From Gammaproteobacteria bacterium (GTDB taxonomy: Bacteria; Pseudomonadota; Gammaproteobacteria; QZLD01): a stretch of 64,000 nucleotides of DNA. The DNA lies in NCBI GenBank assembly GCA_004796365.1, contig QZLE01000154.1:4493-68492 (forward strand), in the 5' to 3' direction. Each line of letters starts with the position of its first letter. Position 1 is the first letter of the stretch. Below, in pieces: positions 52,001 to 62,756 of the stretch. A program made the position numbers and the translations under genes. Under the pieces are notes generated by a model. The model ran no database searches, was not told the DNA's origin, and saw only the letters and a program-made list of their open reading frames with translations.

Positions 52001-53370
52001 AAAAATGGAGTAATATTGATTCTTACCGGAACGTTTACATTGTTTTTGGATATAAGGGTGATTTCAAACTCTTCATGAATCCCCATCTTTTGCTTTTTAA
52101 TCGCAGCAATACATTTACTTTTACTTTCTCTATCCATTAGTGAATAGATGTATCTGTCAGTAAGCTCATCAAGGTTACCGTATTCCAGAAGGTTTATCAT
52201 GTATGTGTTGGCAAATGTAGTAATACCCGATTTATCGATTGCCCACATCCCTTCTTGGTTTTCTGGCTTGTCAATTTCACCGGAATCCAGTTGTATAGTT
52301 ATATTTTCTTCTTTATTGGCTTCCAGTTCTTTATCTTGTCTGCGTACAATAAAAAGCAGGTATATCGTGAGCAATAGAGTAATAGTAATTCCAACAAATA
52401 ATATTACAAAAGGTACGTATTCTCCTCTTCTAGAAAAATACTCCATGTCGCGTGGGGTAAGTACTAGGCTCCACTTTCTGTCGGCAAACTTGATTAAATA
52501 AAATGTGTGTCTTTCTTGGGTAAGCTTATTGTAAGTTTTGTCCAGATCTCTCTCGCTAGCATGCTGAGCAAAACTGCTGGTATCGGAGGATTGATCGAAG
52601 ATTATTGCATTAATGTTATCTGCTCTGCTTCCAATGCTATGGGCGGTATTTGCTAAAAGTGTTTTGATATTAAATGTAGATCTGATTAACCCTAATAATT
52701 TCTTTTCATTCGAATCAGCAGAAATAAAACGATATACGGGTAGATAGGCTTCAATAAAACCATTGGGCATGGACCGGTTTTTTTTGTATGTTTGGGTAAT
52801 CAGGTTTTGTTTTTGGTCGTATTTTTGTAGGTCAACTCGGTCGCGAACAAAGTCTGTAGTTGGGTCTAGTCCCAGAATATTATTGAAATCATCAACATAT
52901 GATTCAGTGTAGTAGATTGGAAAATAACTGGTGCGCTTGCCAACTTTTATCAAATCTCCCTGGTTATCAATCTCTGTAATGCGAAAATCCGGAAATTCGA
53001 AATGGCGGGTTTCCATTTCAAAGCTTTTATAAAGGTGGTAGGGGACATGCGGTAGCCATTGAATATTTACTGTGCCAGTGTTGTTTCTTAATCCGCGCCC
53101 TACGAAGCTGTTAAATTCCCTTCTTCGCACTACGTCTGATGCTTCGTAAAGATTGCCAATATCATATATCTGTTCCAGGTGTGACTGAATCTCATTTCTA
53201 ATTACATTTGAGTATTGTTTTGCCGCATCATTAAAGCTGCTTTCGGCAAAGTCTTGTTTCCATCCCTGAGCCATAAAAAAACCGAGTATGGATATTATTG
53301 TTCCGAAAACAGCAGACCATATTGGCGAGCGATAAGATTTAGGTAGTAACTGGCGCGACTTGATTTCCAT
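49018..53370 (-). CDS. membrane sensor with CHASE, multiple PAS, GAF, GGDEF and EAL domains (c-di-GMP turnover protein)
   Basis: Two transmembrane segments flanking a roughly 300-aa periplasmic domain; RLGGDEF; EAL-domain motifs (ESLVRW, DDFGTGYSS). Confidence 0.85.
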   Translation of the reverse strand: MEIKSRQLLPKSYRSPIWSAVFGTIISILGFFMAQGWKQDFAESSFNDAAKQYSNVIRNEIQSHLEQIYDIGNLYEASDVVRRREFNSFVGRGLRNNTGTVNIQWLPHVPYHLYKSFEMETRHFEFPDFRITEIDNQGDLIKVGKRTSYFPIYYTESYVDDFNNILGLDPTTDFVRDRVDLQKYDQKQNLITQTYKKNRSMPNGFIEAYLPVYRFISADSNEKKLLGLIRSTFNIKTLLANTAHSIGSRADNINAIIFDQSSDTSSFAQHASERDLDKTYNKLTQERHTFYLIKFADRKWSLVLTPRDMEYFSRRGEYVPFVILFVGITITLLLTIYLLFIVRRQDKELEANKEENITIQLDSGEIDKPENQEGMWAIDKSGITTFANTYMINLLEYGNLDELTDRYIYSLMDRESKSKCIAAIKKQKMGIHEEFEITLISKNNVNVPVRINITPFFDADGRYDGALANISRIVKNNGNRAFAIDQEKLHAITAYASDLTSIVDVQANFQYISTSLEKVSGYIASEMVGKCAHDFIHKDDLKAVISVSKGVSETTGSQRSIPEFRFRKKDGAYLYFEATATNMLNIHGVQGIVVNAKDVTEKHHQKILADAQAKALEAISEDASLQDIFSIITNAIESVIPQSRAAIYTYDAKEDSVSLSTAPNLDPSFCRSMQSLKISDHHGCTTTALYEDKINITGDILIHPHHLSWREKLSKANLRAAWSCPVNSVKNKKLGAITCYFETPSTANDLDKEILGAAAASVGHVLERIQAENALRDSEIKWRSLIAHMPDYVALLDLEGNIIFANRVGHGFTLEQVIGTNLLNYIAEDHREGFRETMEKVRETDRPHTYILPLPTPRGNLWWSNRIGMMKKGGEPIGFVTIGSDITETKQNEQSLLKLSSAVDQSASSVMITSIEGDIEYVNKRFTEITGYSYDEVLGNKADLFKSESTPANSHQLSETITSGKSWHGEVESTRKNGEKYWELVSISPIHDDAGELTHYVTVSEDLTELKNTQFEIERLSYYDTLTGLENRRLFRERLEQHIEKCIKEEKKIAVLYLDLDQFKRINDTLGHDAGDVLLKSAAKLLREAVSADDFVARLGGDEFAILLTDIPNSSAAGSMARKIIQEFEKPMLINDQEIISTTSIGITVAPADTTDPTTMIKNADLAMYRAKELGRNNYQFFTSEMNIEALGRLFLENELRQAIEKQQFEIHYQPIINMNTQTIAGFESLVRWNHPSKGLISPEQFIYIAEETGLIVPLGEMIIKEACRQINKIHESGISKPKVAVNLSVRQFQDPNLPQIIESALSESGLPAKFLQLEITESMLLEDIDETIELLHVMKQFGVSISIDDFGTGYSSLSYLKKLPIDVIKVDKSFVRDIPEDSNDMAITAAVIAMAHKLQLQVVAEGVETHEQLNFLKNNSCDFIQGFLYSKPVPRKKLEELLNEGVKPS

Positions 53371-53690
53371 TCTATTTGTAATTATCTGTGCTTATTCGCA
53401 AGATATGGTTCCTTTGTAATTACTTTTTGACAAAGAAAGCAGCTGTTTTATTACGGGGGCAAATGATTGGGGTATCTTTATAGGTATTCCATACAGCTGT
53501 TCTTATGAAATTCTAGTAGATTTTGCCATTTTTTTTGACGTTTGTGGGAATTAGATGCAATATTTGTGAATAGTTTCCCGAATTAATGTGGTGAAAGTCT
53601 TTTTTAGTTAGAAAGTTTCAAAATTATTTTTCAGGTATTCAGCAAATACCTTTATAAGAAATCCATAACTTAATCAAGGTACGCTAATTT

Positions 53691-54098
53691 ATGCTTTTAG
53701 GGTTCATTATTCTACTTTTAGGTGCCTTTTTAGGCAATATTATATCTAGCTATTCAGGCCTGCCTGTTCCGGGTACGGTTTTTGGTATTCTATTGGTATT
53801 GGTATGCCTAGCCATAATTAAGAAGGTTCCACACAGCCTGAAGCTGGTAAGTGATGGCTTGCTAAAATACCTAGCTCTGTTTTATGTTCCTGCTGGGGTC
53901 GGGCTGGTTGCATATCTTGATCTTTTGGCTGCAGATTGGAGCAAGATTCTGGTAGCACTCTTGGTTAGCTCGGTGATCACAATTATTGTTGTTGCAATGA
54001 TAATGGATAAAATCACAAGTATTATAAATATAAAAAGCAGTAAAAATGAGTGCTCTGATTCAGCTGCTGATTCATACAACAATGGGAAAAGTGTATGA
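53691..54098 (+). CDS. lrgA: CidA/LrgA-family holin-like protein
   Basis: 135 aa with four transmembrane segments; precedes lrgB with an overlap. Confidence 0.75.
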   Translation: MLLGFIILLLGAFLGNIISSYSGLPVPGTVFGILLVLVCLAIIKKVPHSLKLVSDGLLKYLALFYVPAGVGLVAYLDLLAADWSKILVALLVSSVITIIVVAMIMDKITSIINIKSSKNECSDSAADSYNNGKSV

Positions 54099-54802
54099 GT
54101 CTTGAAATTATAGCAATAATCGAATCACCACTATTTGGAGTATTGCTAACGGTAGGTGTGTTTTTTCTGAGCCTGGAGATAAATAAGTTCTTTAAGGGGA
54201 CCCCTTTGCTGCACCCAGTAATGTTATCAATGGCAATAATTATCCCCTTGTTGTTATGGACCGGAATTCCATATGAAACTTATTTTAATGGTGCAAGTAT
54301 TATCCATTTTTTGTTGGGGCCGGCGACAGTTGCGCTTGCAGTGCCGTTATATGAAAACTTTGCCAGGGTGCGCCAGGTATTTTTACCATTAATGCTGGCA
54401 TGCATCATAGGCTCTACCATTGCTGCGACATCAGCTTGTGCGGTGGTATGGGGTTTGGGAGGAGATTTTAAGACTATTTTATCTATAGCCCCTAAAAGTG
54501 TAACCACTCCAATTGCGATGGGTATATCTGAGCAAATTGGAGGAATCCAGTCCTTGACAGCAGGGGTTGTCCTTATAACAGGTACCATCGGTTGTATAGT
54601 TTCCCCGGTTATCTTTAAGATTCTCAAAATCCGAGATGATGGCGCCAAAGGGTTTGCTTTAGGGGTGAGCTCTCATGGGTTCGGAACAGCGCAGGCACTG
54701 CAGATAAGTGCTGTTGCTGGTGCCTTTGCTGGCCTTGGCCTCGGTGTTACCGGGGTTTTAACGGCCTTTGGGTTGCCGTTGGTTTTATCGGTATTCTGGT
54801 GA
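54095..54802 (+). CDS. lrgB: LrgB/CidB-family membrane protein
   Basis: 235 aa polytopic protein coupled to lrgA. Confidence 0.75.
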   Translation: MSLEIIAIIESPLFGVLLTVGVFFLSLEINKFFKGTPLLHPVMLSMAIIIPLLLWTGIPYETYFNGASIIHFLLGPATVALAVPLYENFARVRQVFLPLMLACIIGSTIAATSACAVVWGLGGDFKTILSIAPKSVTTPIAMGISEQIGGIQSLTAGVVLITGTIGCIVSPVIFKILKIRDDGAKGFALGVSSHGFGTAQALQISAVAGAFAGLGLGVTGVLTAFGLPLVLSVFW

Positions 54803-54912
54803 TATCTCTTTTTTCTGATATTTTGCGGGGTAGAATTTCTCTTTAGTACTATAATACAGTTTATCGTTATACGAATAATTATACTGTTGATAAATCATAA
54901 GGATTACGATTT

Positions 54913-56547
54913 ATGTCATCTTTGCTAAGAAATTTTTGGATAAAATATCGTATTTGGTTAATTGTGATTATTACAGCTGTTTCAATGCTTGTTGGGGCTG
55001 TGACTGTTGCAATGTCTGTTAGAGATCCGCTTGAATCAGGGAAACGTGATCTGATTAAGCAGTTGGTAGAGTCTGCATTTGCCATTGTAAAGCATAATCA
55101 TAGTCAAATTGGGGTCGACTTAACTGAAGAAGAAGCTAAGAAAAAGTCACTTGATGCTATAGCTAATATGAGGTTTGGAAAAGATGGCTACTTTTGGGTA
55201 AATAACATAAAAGGGGTGTTGGTTATGCACCCAATAAATCCAGAATTAAATGGTATTGATATCTCTCAATCAAAGGACGCTAATGGTAAGAAGCACATGC
55301 TTGAGATCATTGATGTGGCTCAGAAAAAAGGTGGAGGCACAGTCACATATGCTGTTCCAAAGCCTGATAGTGAAGAATCATATAATAAAATCGTTTATGT
55401 AAAGTATTTCAAAGATTGGGATTGGGTTATTGGTACTGGGTCTTATACAGATGATATAGATTCAGCTATCAGTGAACAATTATATGGGGCCGGTTTAGTA
55501 AATGGGGGGTTGTTAGTCGTTATTATTTTCCTTTCATGGGTTATTATTCGTAGCATTTCTCTTCCACTTGGCAATGCAGTTAAATCCATTGATAAAATAT
55601 CCCATGGCCAAATTGACTTAACTTATCGCCTTGATGAATTTGGCAACGATGAAATTTCGCAGGTAAATGTAAATCTAAATAATCTGCTGGGAACGGTAGG
55701 AGATGTAATAAACGAAGTTAATGCCTCATGCACCCAGTTAGGAGATACATCATTATCCTTAACCTCGGCCTCTGACAAAACCGATCAGGAAATGAATAGG
55801 CAGCTTCATGCTGTAGAGTATCTGGTGAGAGCCATGAATGAGATGCTTGATACAGTTAATAATGTTGCTAATAACGCAACAAGGACAGCAGAGTCTGCAA
55901 CTAGGGCGAATGAAGAGACTAAGGTTGGAAGGGATATTGTTGAAGTTACTCAGCAGTCAAGTAAAGATTTGCTTGAGCTGGTTGAGCAATCGATGGAGAA
56001 AGCAAAGCTATTGGCTGAAGGAACTAAGGATATTGGCACTGTTCTTGACGTGATAAATGGTGTGGCTGAACAAACAAATCTACTGGCGTTAAATGCAGCG
56101 ATTGAAGCAGCAAGAGCTGGTGACCAAGGGCGAGGTTTCTCTGTGGTGGCAGACGAGGTTAGGGTGTTGGCCCAGCGCACTCAAGATTCAACCACGCAGA
56201 TTATGGATATTATTGAGAGGTTGGAAGATGGCGCAGAAGGAACAATAAATAGCCTTGGAGAAATTGAACAAAAAGCATCTAAAACAGCAGAGGATTCAAT
56301 TAAGGCTAATGAGGCGCTTCACGGAATTTCTGACGCAGTATCATTGATAAGCGGCATGAATAATCAAATTGCGAGTGCAGCAGAAGAACAAAGCTTAACA
56401 TCTCAAGAGATTAGTCGTCACGTTAATGATATTGAGGAGATAACAAATAACACCAAGGCTAGCCTTGAGGAAACAAAGACAGCAGTGAGAGGCGTGGATC
56501 AGGTTACTGATAAGTTTAAATTACTAGTCAGTAAGTTTAAGTGCTAG
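54913..56547 (+). CDS. methyl-accepting chemotaxis protein with a periplasmic single-Cache domain
   Basis: TM - Cache ([16 protein letters not shown]) - TM - HAMP - MCP signalling domain ([28 protein letters not shown]). Confidence 0.9.
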   Translation: MSSLLRNFWIKYRIWLIVIITAVSMLVGAVTVAMSVRDPLESGKRDLIKQLVESAFAIVKHNHSQIGVDLTEEEAKKKSLDAIANMRFGKDGYFWVNNIKGVLVMHPINPELNGIDISQSKDANGKKHMLEIIDVAQKKGGGTVTYAVPKPDSEESYNKIVYVKYFKDWDWVIGTGSYTDDIDSAISEQLYGAGLVNGGLLVVIIFLSWVIIRSISLPLGNAVKSIDKISHGQIDLTYRLDEFGNDEISQVNVNLNNLLGTVGDVINEVNASCTQLGDTSLSLTSASDKTDQEMNRQLHAVEYLVRAMNEMLDTVNNVANNATRTAESATRANEETKVGRDIVEVTQQSSKDLLELVEQSMEKAKLLAEGTKDIGTVLDVINGVAEQTNLLALNAAIEAARAGDQGRGFSVVADEVRVLAQRTQDSTTQIMDIIERLEDGAEGTINSLGEIEQKASKTAEDSIKANEALHGISDAVSLISGMNNQIASAAEEQSLTSQEISRHVNDIEEITNNTKASLEETKTAVRGVDQVTDKFKLLVSKFKC

Positions 56548-56561
56548 TATATGTAAATGCC

Positions 56562-57056
56562 TTATAAGTGGAGTCTTAGAAGGTCAGTTGGCCTGGTTGA
56601 GTTTTCCCATAAACGATCAAATAGGATAGATAGCTCTTCTGCTGAGGTGACGTTATGCAGTTCTGCCCGTCCTTCATATGGTTTTTCATTTCTGGTGCGA
56701 CAAAATGCTGATTTGTCTGTGACGATAAGGTTTTCTTTGGAAAACTGCTTGTCGTCCGTGTGTAGTTCTCTAAGTTCAATATAGCTGCTTAGTTTCTCCA
56801 TTAGATAAACCAGGTGTCTTCCATCTTTAATGATGTTATGTGCGCTGTGAACAAGAATACGCACACGGGAGTGACTGCTTTCCAAAATTGTTTGCTTGAT
56901 GCCGGAGTAAATGTCTTGGCAGTCGAAAACCCTTTTATCCAGATCCAAATCAAGTATGTCAATTTCATGCCGGGCATTTTCGATAATGGTTTTATAGACC
57001 TCGATGCGCCCTTCGGTGTCTTCTACGGTGATTACCTGATTTTCTTGTACCGCCAT
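56562..57056 (-). CDS. hypothetical protein (164 aa)
   Basis: ORF only; I recognise no family. Confidence 0.35.
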   Translation of the reverse strand: MAVQENQVITVEDTEGRIEVYKTIIENARHEIDILDLDLDKRVFDCQDIYSGIKQTILESSHSRVRILVHSAHNIIKDGRHLVYLMEKLSSYIELRELHTDDKQFSKENLIVTDKSAFCRTRNEKPYEGRAELHNVTSAEELSILFDRLWENSTRPTDLLRLHL

Positions 57057-57135
57057 TTAGATTCCGTTTTGTTTAGATATGGATATAAGTGTAGCAGGGA
57101 ATGGTGATAGTTGTTGCTACCCATTCCTGCAATGT

Positions 57136-57552
57136 TTAACCATCTTCAGCAAACTTTTCCAGATCACAAGCATCGGTAAACCACGGTGCTCTGGAATTCC
57201 AGAATATATTTTTCTGCGGTGCATATTCAGGGTCTTTATCCAGAGTTCCCGCAGGAATAATTACATATCTTTCATTGCGTGAATACCATGGCATGTTGGA
57301 ACCACAAGTAGGACAAAAGCCACTGCTGAATAGTTTGGCAGTTTCTGGTTCAAATCTTTTTACACAATCTTTACCTTTGCTCCATCTGAATTGCGGCGCT
57401 TTTACCATTATATTCGGGGAAAATGCAGAGCCAGTGATTTTGCGGCATCTGCTGCAATGGCAGTATTTAAAGAAAAGGAACGGTTTTTCAACTTCGTATT
57501 CGATTGCGCCACAAAGGCAGGAGCCTACGTACTTTCCTTGTTCATTATCCAT
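57136..57552 (-). CDS. GFA-family (CENP-V/glutathione-dependent formaldehyde-activating-like) zinc protein
   Basis: CLCGAIEY...CHCSRCRK...C...C Cys pattern. Confidence 0.75.
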   Translation of the reverse strand: MDNEQGKYVGSCLCGAIEYEVEKPFLFFKYCHCSRCRKITGSAFSPNIMVKAPQFRWSKGKDCVKRFEPETAKLFSSGFCPTCGSNMPWYSRNERYVIIPAGTLDKDPEYAPQKNIFWNSRAPWFTDACDLEKFAEDG

Positions 57553-57563
57553 TATTTGCTTCC

Positions 57564-60443
57564 TTAGCTCTTTGCTTTATCCATCCTGTTGCCAAAACCC
57601 TTTGTTTTTTCTGCAGGTATAAGATTCAGGGCCAATAGTTCATTATTTAGCGCATTGACCTCAGCCTTTGGATCCGGTGTCGAGTTTTTCATGCCATCAG
57701 CCAAATTATTGACCTGATACTCTCGTCTCTGTGAGGAATATTCTGCAGGAGTTTCAATGCCTGCCGCTATTTCTGCCTTGATGCACAGTAGCTCAGCAGC
57801 TTTGGTGTTTTGCTCTGATATCGCGGCAAGTTTTTCTTTGTCTAGAGTGGTTGCAAGGGTCAGGTTTTCTCTGAAGCGTTTGTTTAGGATATTATCTTGC
57901 TGTTTGTGTGTTGCTGTAGCTTGTTGCCAGTCAGATTCATATTCTTCATTATTGATTTCTTTCGTATCCAGCAGTGCAGATTCTATCTTGAGACATATAT
58001 CCAGTTTTTGTTGGAAAGCATCATCTTTTTGTTTTAATGCAGCATCTTTGATCGATTTTTCTTTATCAATCACTGTCTGGCAGGCTTTTTTGAATCTTTC
58101 ATAGCACTCTTTGTCAGCAGATTTCGGGATGTTGGTGATTTCTTTCCATTGTTGCTTTAATTCTTCAAGGTCATGCTTAGAAGTCGCGAACTCTTCATCA
58201 CTTGCTGATGCAATTTGTTCAATCTGTTCGGTGACCTGATTTTTTTTATGCAGGTTTTCATTACGTTCAGAGTTGTTGGCATCATAGATTTCCTGGCGCT
58301 TGGAAAACACCTGGTCGCAAACTGTACGAAAATCAGACCATATCTTTTGCTCGTCTTTTCTAAAGGTTGCTCCTACTTCTTTCCAGTCCTTTTGTAACAT
58401 CTTAATGCGATCAGCTGCCTGAAATACATCTTCAATATTTAGTATTTCTTGTGCTTGTTCAATGATCTCGAGCTTTTTAGCTTTGTTGTCGTTGCGGTAA
58501 TCATTAAGTTTTGTTTTGATGGCGTCCTGTGCGGTGCGGTATCTGTCGGTAATTGTTCTGGTAATCTTGCGGTCGGTCGGGCCGCATTTTTTCCAGGCGT
58601 CAATCTTGCTGGAAAGGAAGCTGTCTACTTTTTTCCAGTCCGGATTTCCCCAATCAGTATCTGCAAAGAACTGTTCCATATCGCGGCATACACCTTCGCG
58701 CTGCTGCTGATTTATTTGGCGCAATTGGGACTGCTGTTCATAAAATGTTTTGCAAGGCGCGAATGCTTTGTCGGCGGCACCGCTGAATCTTTCCCATAGC
58801 TCCTGGGATGAATTTGGTTCTGATGCCCCTAGTTTTTTCCACTGCTCCTGCAATAATTTAATATTTTCTGCCAGTTGTTCCGGATCAGTATCTGCGCTGG
58901 ATTCAGCTAGCGCCTCCATCTCTTTGCACAGTTCTTCTTTTTTAGGGGTGGTTGCCCATCCTTTCCAGTCTTGTAACTGTGAAACCCTAGCAGACAAGGC
59001 GTTAAACCTGTTTTTGGTTTTGCCATCAATAGATGGGATATTGTTGATAAGTTTACGCGCTTTTTTCAGTAGGTTATTGGCATCACTTACTGACCCTGCA
59101 TCCAGTTCTTTTTCCAGAGAATTAAGGATTGATGGAAGCTCTTTGCGCTGTGATTCCAAGTTCTTTTCTTGCAGGTCAAATTTTTTCTTCAGAGCTTCCA
59201 GTTTGTTATTAACGTCCTGTAGGTGCTGCGGAGGTTTGGCCCAAAGAGGGTCAATCTGAAATGCTTTGCCTTTGCGCTGAATCTCCTTGAATTTCCCTGC
59301 CGGGATAAAGTTCTCCTCCATAAAGGTATCAATGCGCTTGATGAGTTCAAGAGATTCGTCTTTGGTCTCTAAAGCTTTTGTAAGCCCATCTGTTAGCCTG
59401 ATGGTCTGTTTTCTAATACTGTAAAATTCGTTGCAAAGCTTGTCTTCCTCTTTTGTTGGAAGTTGGCCGATAAGTTTCCACGCTGTTTCGCTATCGCTAA
59501 GGATTTTGTTACTATCTTTTTGAAAATCTTCAGCTGCCGATGCTTCGGTTTGTAGTTTTTGCAGATTTTCTTTCAGTTTTGCCAGAATTTTTTGTTTCTC
59601 TTCACGAAACTGTTCCTGCTGTTTAAGTTCTACCTGACGCTTTTCTTCAATCTCTTTATGCTTTTGCAGGATATGTTGGCAGCTTTGATTTGCCGTTTGG
59701 TATTTTTGCTCCAATTCGGTGTCTTGCTCATAGTCAATTTCATTCCATTGCTGGGTCAGGCGTTGTAGCTCTGAGTTGAACTTTTTGTTATACCCTTGCT
59801 GCTCAAGTGTTTCCAGTGAAAGGCAGATAGCCTTTCGTGCTTTCTCTATCTCTTTGGGTTTTTCAAGCTCAGCGATAATGGTTTCAAGTTTTTCTTTTGC
59901 GGTTTTTGTAACCCTTTTGTTTTTTGTACGGCACTTTTTTATTATGCGCTCCAGTGCAGCTTGCTCTGTTATCTTCTCAAGTGCGGCAAGTTGTAAATCC
60001 AGGTTGCTATTGTCAATTACCAGTGACTCCAGGATGGATAACCGTGTAATGCGTGGTAGCAATGCCATTTTGATTTTTGAATCATCGGTTTTTTTCAAGA
60101 TGGTTTCGATATCTGTTATATCTTCAAAGCTGTTCGCGCGATCTATTCTATTTTCATGGGTTAAGCCGCAGTCAATTATTCCGGAAATCATCTGAATCAT
60201 GCGTTCTTTTGCCAGTTTTTTAGCATCAATGTTTGTTTCATTGCCAATTACTGTTTCCAGTTTGTCGATATTGTTCAGGCGCTTGATTGCAAGTTTGCGG
60301 ATCTCTATTTCGTTGTCATTAATCAATTCCGTAATTATATTGTCAAAATCGGAATCTTTGGGGTCAAGAGCAAGTAATGCCTGTTTACGAACTTCGGCAT
60401 TGCGGTGTTGCCATTTAGGTTTTTTGAACTTTGAAAATAACAT
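57564..60443 (-). CDS. DUF349-repeat giant coiled-coil protein (959 aa)
   Basis: At least 10 degenerate repeats of about 70 aa with W-x-x-G/K...W signatures (QEQWKKLGA, IDAWKKCGP, QKDWKEVGA, KQQWKEITN, ...). Confidence 0.65.
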   Translation of the reverse strand: MLFSKFKKPKWQHRNAEVRKQALLALDPKDSDFDNIITELINDNEIEIRKLAIKRLNNIDKLETVIGNETNIDAKKLAKERMIQMISGIIDCGLTHENRIDRANSFEDITDIETILKKTDDSKIKMALLPRITRLSILESLVIDNSNLDLQLAALEKITEQAALERIIKKCRTKNKRVTKTAKEKLETIIAELEKPKEIEKARKAICLSLETLEQQGYNKKFNSELQRLTQQWNEIDYEQDTELEQKYQTANQSCQHILQKHKEIEEKRQVELKQQEQFREEKQKILAKLKENLQKLQTEASAAEDFQKDSNKILSDSETAWKLIGQLPTKEEDKLCNEFYSIRKQTIRLTDGLTKALETKDESLELIKRIDTFMEENFIPAGKFKEIQRKGKAFQIDPLWAKPPQHLQDVNNKLEALKKKFDLQEKNLESQRKELPSILNSLEKELDAGSVSDANNLLKKARKLINNIPSIDGKTKNRFNALSARVSQLQDWKGWATTPKKEELCKEMEALAESSADTDPEQLAENIKLLQEQWKKLGASEPNSSQELWERFSGAADKAFAPCKTFYEQQSQLRQINQQQREGVCRDMEQFFADTDWGNPDWKKVDSFLSSKIDAWKKCGPTDRKITRTITDRYRTAQDAIKTKLNDYRNDNKAKKLEIIEQAQEILNIEDVFQAADRIKMLQKDWKEVGATFRKDEQKIWSDFRTVCDQVFSKRQEIYDANNSERNENLHKKNQVTEQIEQIASASDEEFATSKHDLEELKQQWKEITNIPKSADKECYERFKKACQTVIDKEKSIKDAALKQKDDAFQQKLDICLKIESALLDTKEINNEEYESDWQQATATHKQQDNILNKRFRENLTLATTLDKEKLAAISEQNTKAAELLCIKAEIAAGIETPAEYSSQRREYQVNNLADGMKNSTPDPKAEVNALNNELLALNLIPAEKTKGFGNRMDKAKS

Positions 60444-60640
60444 AAGTAAAACGCCTGAATTTTGTCGATTGAATTTTAGTTATTGAGTTACATCTATTTC
60501 GTGAATAGATCCTGATAAAAGATTAATGGAAAACAATTATATTAGATACTAACTCAATATAGTAAAATGTTAATTGGTTTTTGCTAAAAATCACGTAAAT
60601 AGTGTATTCTATGGCCTCTTTAACCGGTTAGTTTACTAAA

Positions 60641-61024
60641 ATGCAGCAATTAATCTCTATTGGTATTGGTGGCGCTATCGGCGCGATCTTGCGTTATCTG
60701 GTTTCCGGTGGCGTGCATACCTTTATGGGAAAGGATTTTCCGTACGGTACCCTGAGTGTAAATGTGATTGGTAGCTTTGTTGTGGGAGTATTGTTTGTCA
60801 TTTTCGCGACTAATGATACGATTCCAGAATTACTCAAAATTTCTGTTTTAGTTGGTATGTTGGGAGCATTTACAACGTTCTCTACATTTTCTTTGGATAC
60901 CTTTAAGCTGATTGAAACAGCTGCATTTTCCAAGGCGGGAGTCAATATTGCGATTAATGTTGTCGCAAGTATTGCTGCAACATGGTTTGGAATAGTTTGT
61001 TCACGGGTTGTTGTTCAGGGTTGA
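60641..61024 (+). CDS. crcB: fluoride channel CrcB/Fluc
   Basis: 127 aa, four transmembrane segments, GxxGAxLR motif. Confidence 0.85.
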   Translation: MQQLISIGIGGAIGAILRYLVSGGVHTFMGKDFPYGTLSVNVIGSFVVGVLFVIFATNDTIPELLKISVLVGMLGAFTTFSTFSLDTFKLIETAAFSKAGVNIAINVVASIAATWFGIVCSRVVVQG

Positions 61025-61067
61025 ATGCAACCTTTTATCTTTTTTCTTTATTTGAAGATGACTACGT

Positions 61068-62342
61068 ATGTTAGATGCAAAATTTTTAAGAAATAATATT
61101 GAAGAGGTGGCGCAAAAAGTTGGGCGTCGTGGGTTTGTACTTGATGTTGCTGAGCTTGCTGATTTGGAAGATCAAAGAAAAGGTATTCAGGTTGAAACTC
61201 AGGAGTTACAGAATAAACGCAAGACTATTTCCAAAGAAATTGGCAAGGTAAAAGGATCTGGAGGTGATGCCCAGCCATTACTGGATGAAGTGGCACAGAT
61301 TGCCCTAAGGCTGGACGAGTCTTCGCAGCAGTTAAATGACCTTCAGGACAAGATAAACGATATTCAGCTTGGTATACCTAATATTCTCAGTGATGAGGTA
61401 CCTGATGGAAATGATGAGGAAGACAATGTAGAGGTGCGTAGCTGGGGCACTCCGCGCCAATTTGACTTCGACCCTAAAGATCATGCAGATCTTGGTGTTG
61501 ACAGTGGCATGATAGACTTTGAGTCATCTGCGAAGATTACTGGCTCCAGGTTTGTGGTAATGAAGTCTGGTATTGCCAAACTACATAGAGCCCTGACCCA
61601 GTTTATGCTTGATACCCACGTAGAAGATCATGGGTATGAGGAAATATATGTCCCGTATATGGTTAATGCGGATTCTCTATACGGAACAGGGCAGCTGCCT
61701 AAGTTTGAGGAAGACTTGTTTGCCCTTAGTGGTGACAAAAAATACTACTTGATCCCAACGGCAGAGGTGCCGGTAACCAATATGGTTCGTGATGAAATCA
61801 TATCGCCAAAGCATTTGCCGATAAAGTATGTTTGCCACACACCATGTTTTAGATCGGAGGCCGGTTCAGCTGGAAAAGATGTGCGCGGTATGATACGCCA
61901 GCACCAGTTTGAAAAGGTTGAGCTTGTGAATGTAGTCCACCCGGATGAATCGGATCAAGCGCTTGAAGACCTGACCGCATGTGCAGAAAAAATTCTGCAG
62001 AAGCTGGACCTGCCATACAGAACCGTGATTCTTTGTGCTGGGGATACTGGGTTCTCATCCTCTAAGACTTATGACATAGAGGTATGGCTGCCAGGTGCAA
62101 ATGCCTATCGTGAGATTTCATCCTGCAGTAATTTTCAGGATTTCCAGGCGCGCAGATTACAGGCACGCTGGAGAAACCCTGAAACCGGCAAGCCTGAACT
62201 GGTGCACACCTTGAATGGTTCCGGGCTAGCAGTTGGGCGTACCCTGATCGCAGTTATGGAAAACTACCAGCAGGCGGATGGTAGCATCAAGGTGCCTGAA
62301 GCGCTGAAACGTTACATAACCGAAGATGTTATAAAGTTATAA
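61068..62342 (+). CDS. serS: seryl-tRNA synthetase
   Basis: N-terminal coiled-coil arm and class II core (motifs 2 and 3: [22 protein letters not shown]). Confidence 0.95.
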   Translation: MLDAKFLRNNIEEVAQKVGRRGFVLDVAELADLEDQRKGIQVETQELQNKRKTISKEIGKVKGSGGDAQPLLDEVAQIALRLDESSQQLNDLQDKINDIQLGIPNILSDEVPDGNDEEDNVEVRSWGTPRQFDFDPKDHADLGVDSGMIDFESSAKITGSRFVVMKSGIAKLHRALTQFMLDTHVEDHGYEEIYVPYMVNADSLYGTGQLPKFEEDLFALSGDKKYYLIPTAEVPVTNMVRDEIISPKHLPIKYVCHTPCFRSEAGSAGKDVRGMIRQHQFEKVELVNVVHPDESDQALEDLTACAEKILQKLDLPYRTVILCAGDTGFSSSKTYDIEVWLPGANAYREISSCSNFQDFQARRLQARWRNPETGKPELVHTLNGSGLAVGRTLIAVMENYQQADGSIKVPEALKRYITEDVIKL

Positions 62343-62756
62343 TTCTTTTGTGGTAGGCTGGGTTTGTGTCTGCAATCCAGCCAGCCAGCAATAAGAAGTG
62401 CTGCATCCCGCGACTTCAAGATCAATAGAAGCAAAGCCTCTGATCCTGCCTATCAAAATATCACCATATAACCCTGAATTAATGCTGACTGCAATTGCAT
62501 GTTAGCCTGTAAGATATTGATTACACCCACTTAAGATTTGTCCGCTATTTTATATTTAATCCATCCGTATAATGGGGTATAACAAAGAGAAGTAAAATAA
62601 TAAGATGTAAATAATTATAAAGATAACTATACAGAGGGAACTTAACAAAGGCATCAGTATCAATAGTGGTGTATTGAATAAAAATGGTGTGATTTGCGCT
62701 TCCCCCACACAAAGATGAATGAGCAGGATAAAAAATAAGGACACAGGAGAGGACAC

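Noticed and set aside
60444-60640. Possible fluoride (crcB-motif) riboswitch upstream of crcB.
   Set aside because: No match to the conserved GGnGAnGG...AACCGCC...CTGATGAT core. The region is AT-rich promoter-like DNA.
62343-62385. A stem-loop after serS (ggctggg...ccagcc) considered as a terminator.
   Set aside because: The stem is imperfect and has no following T-run. It was not called as a feature.
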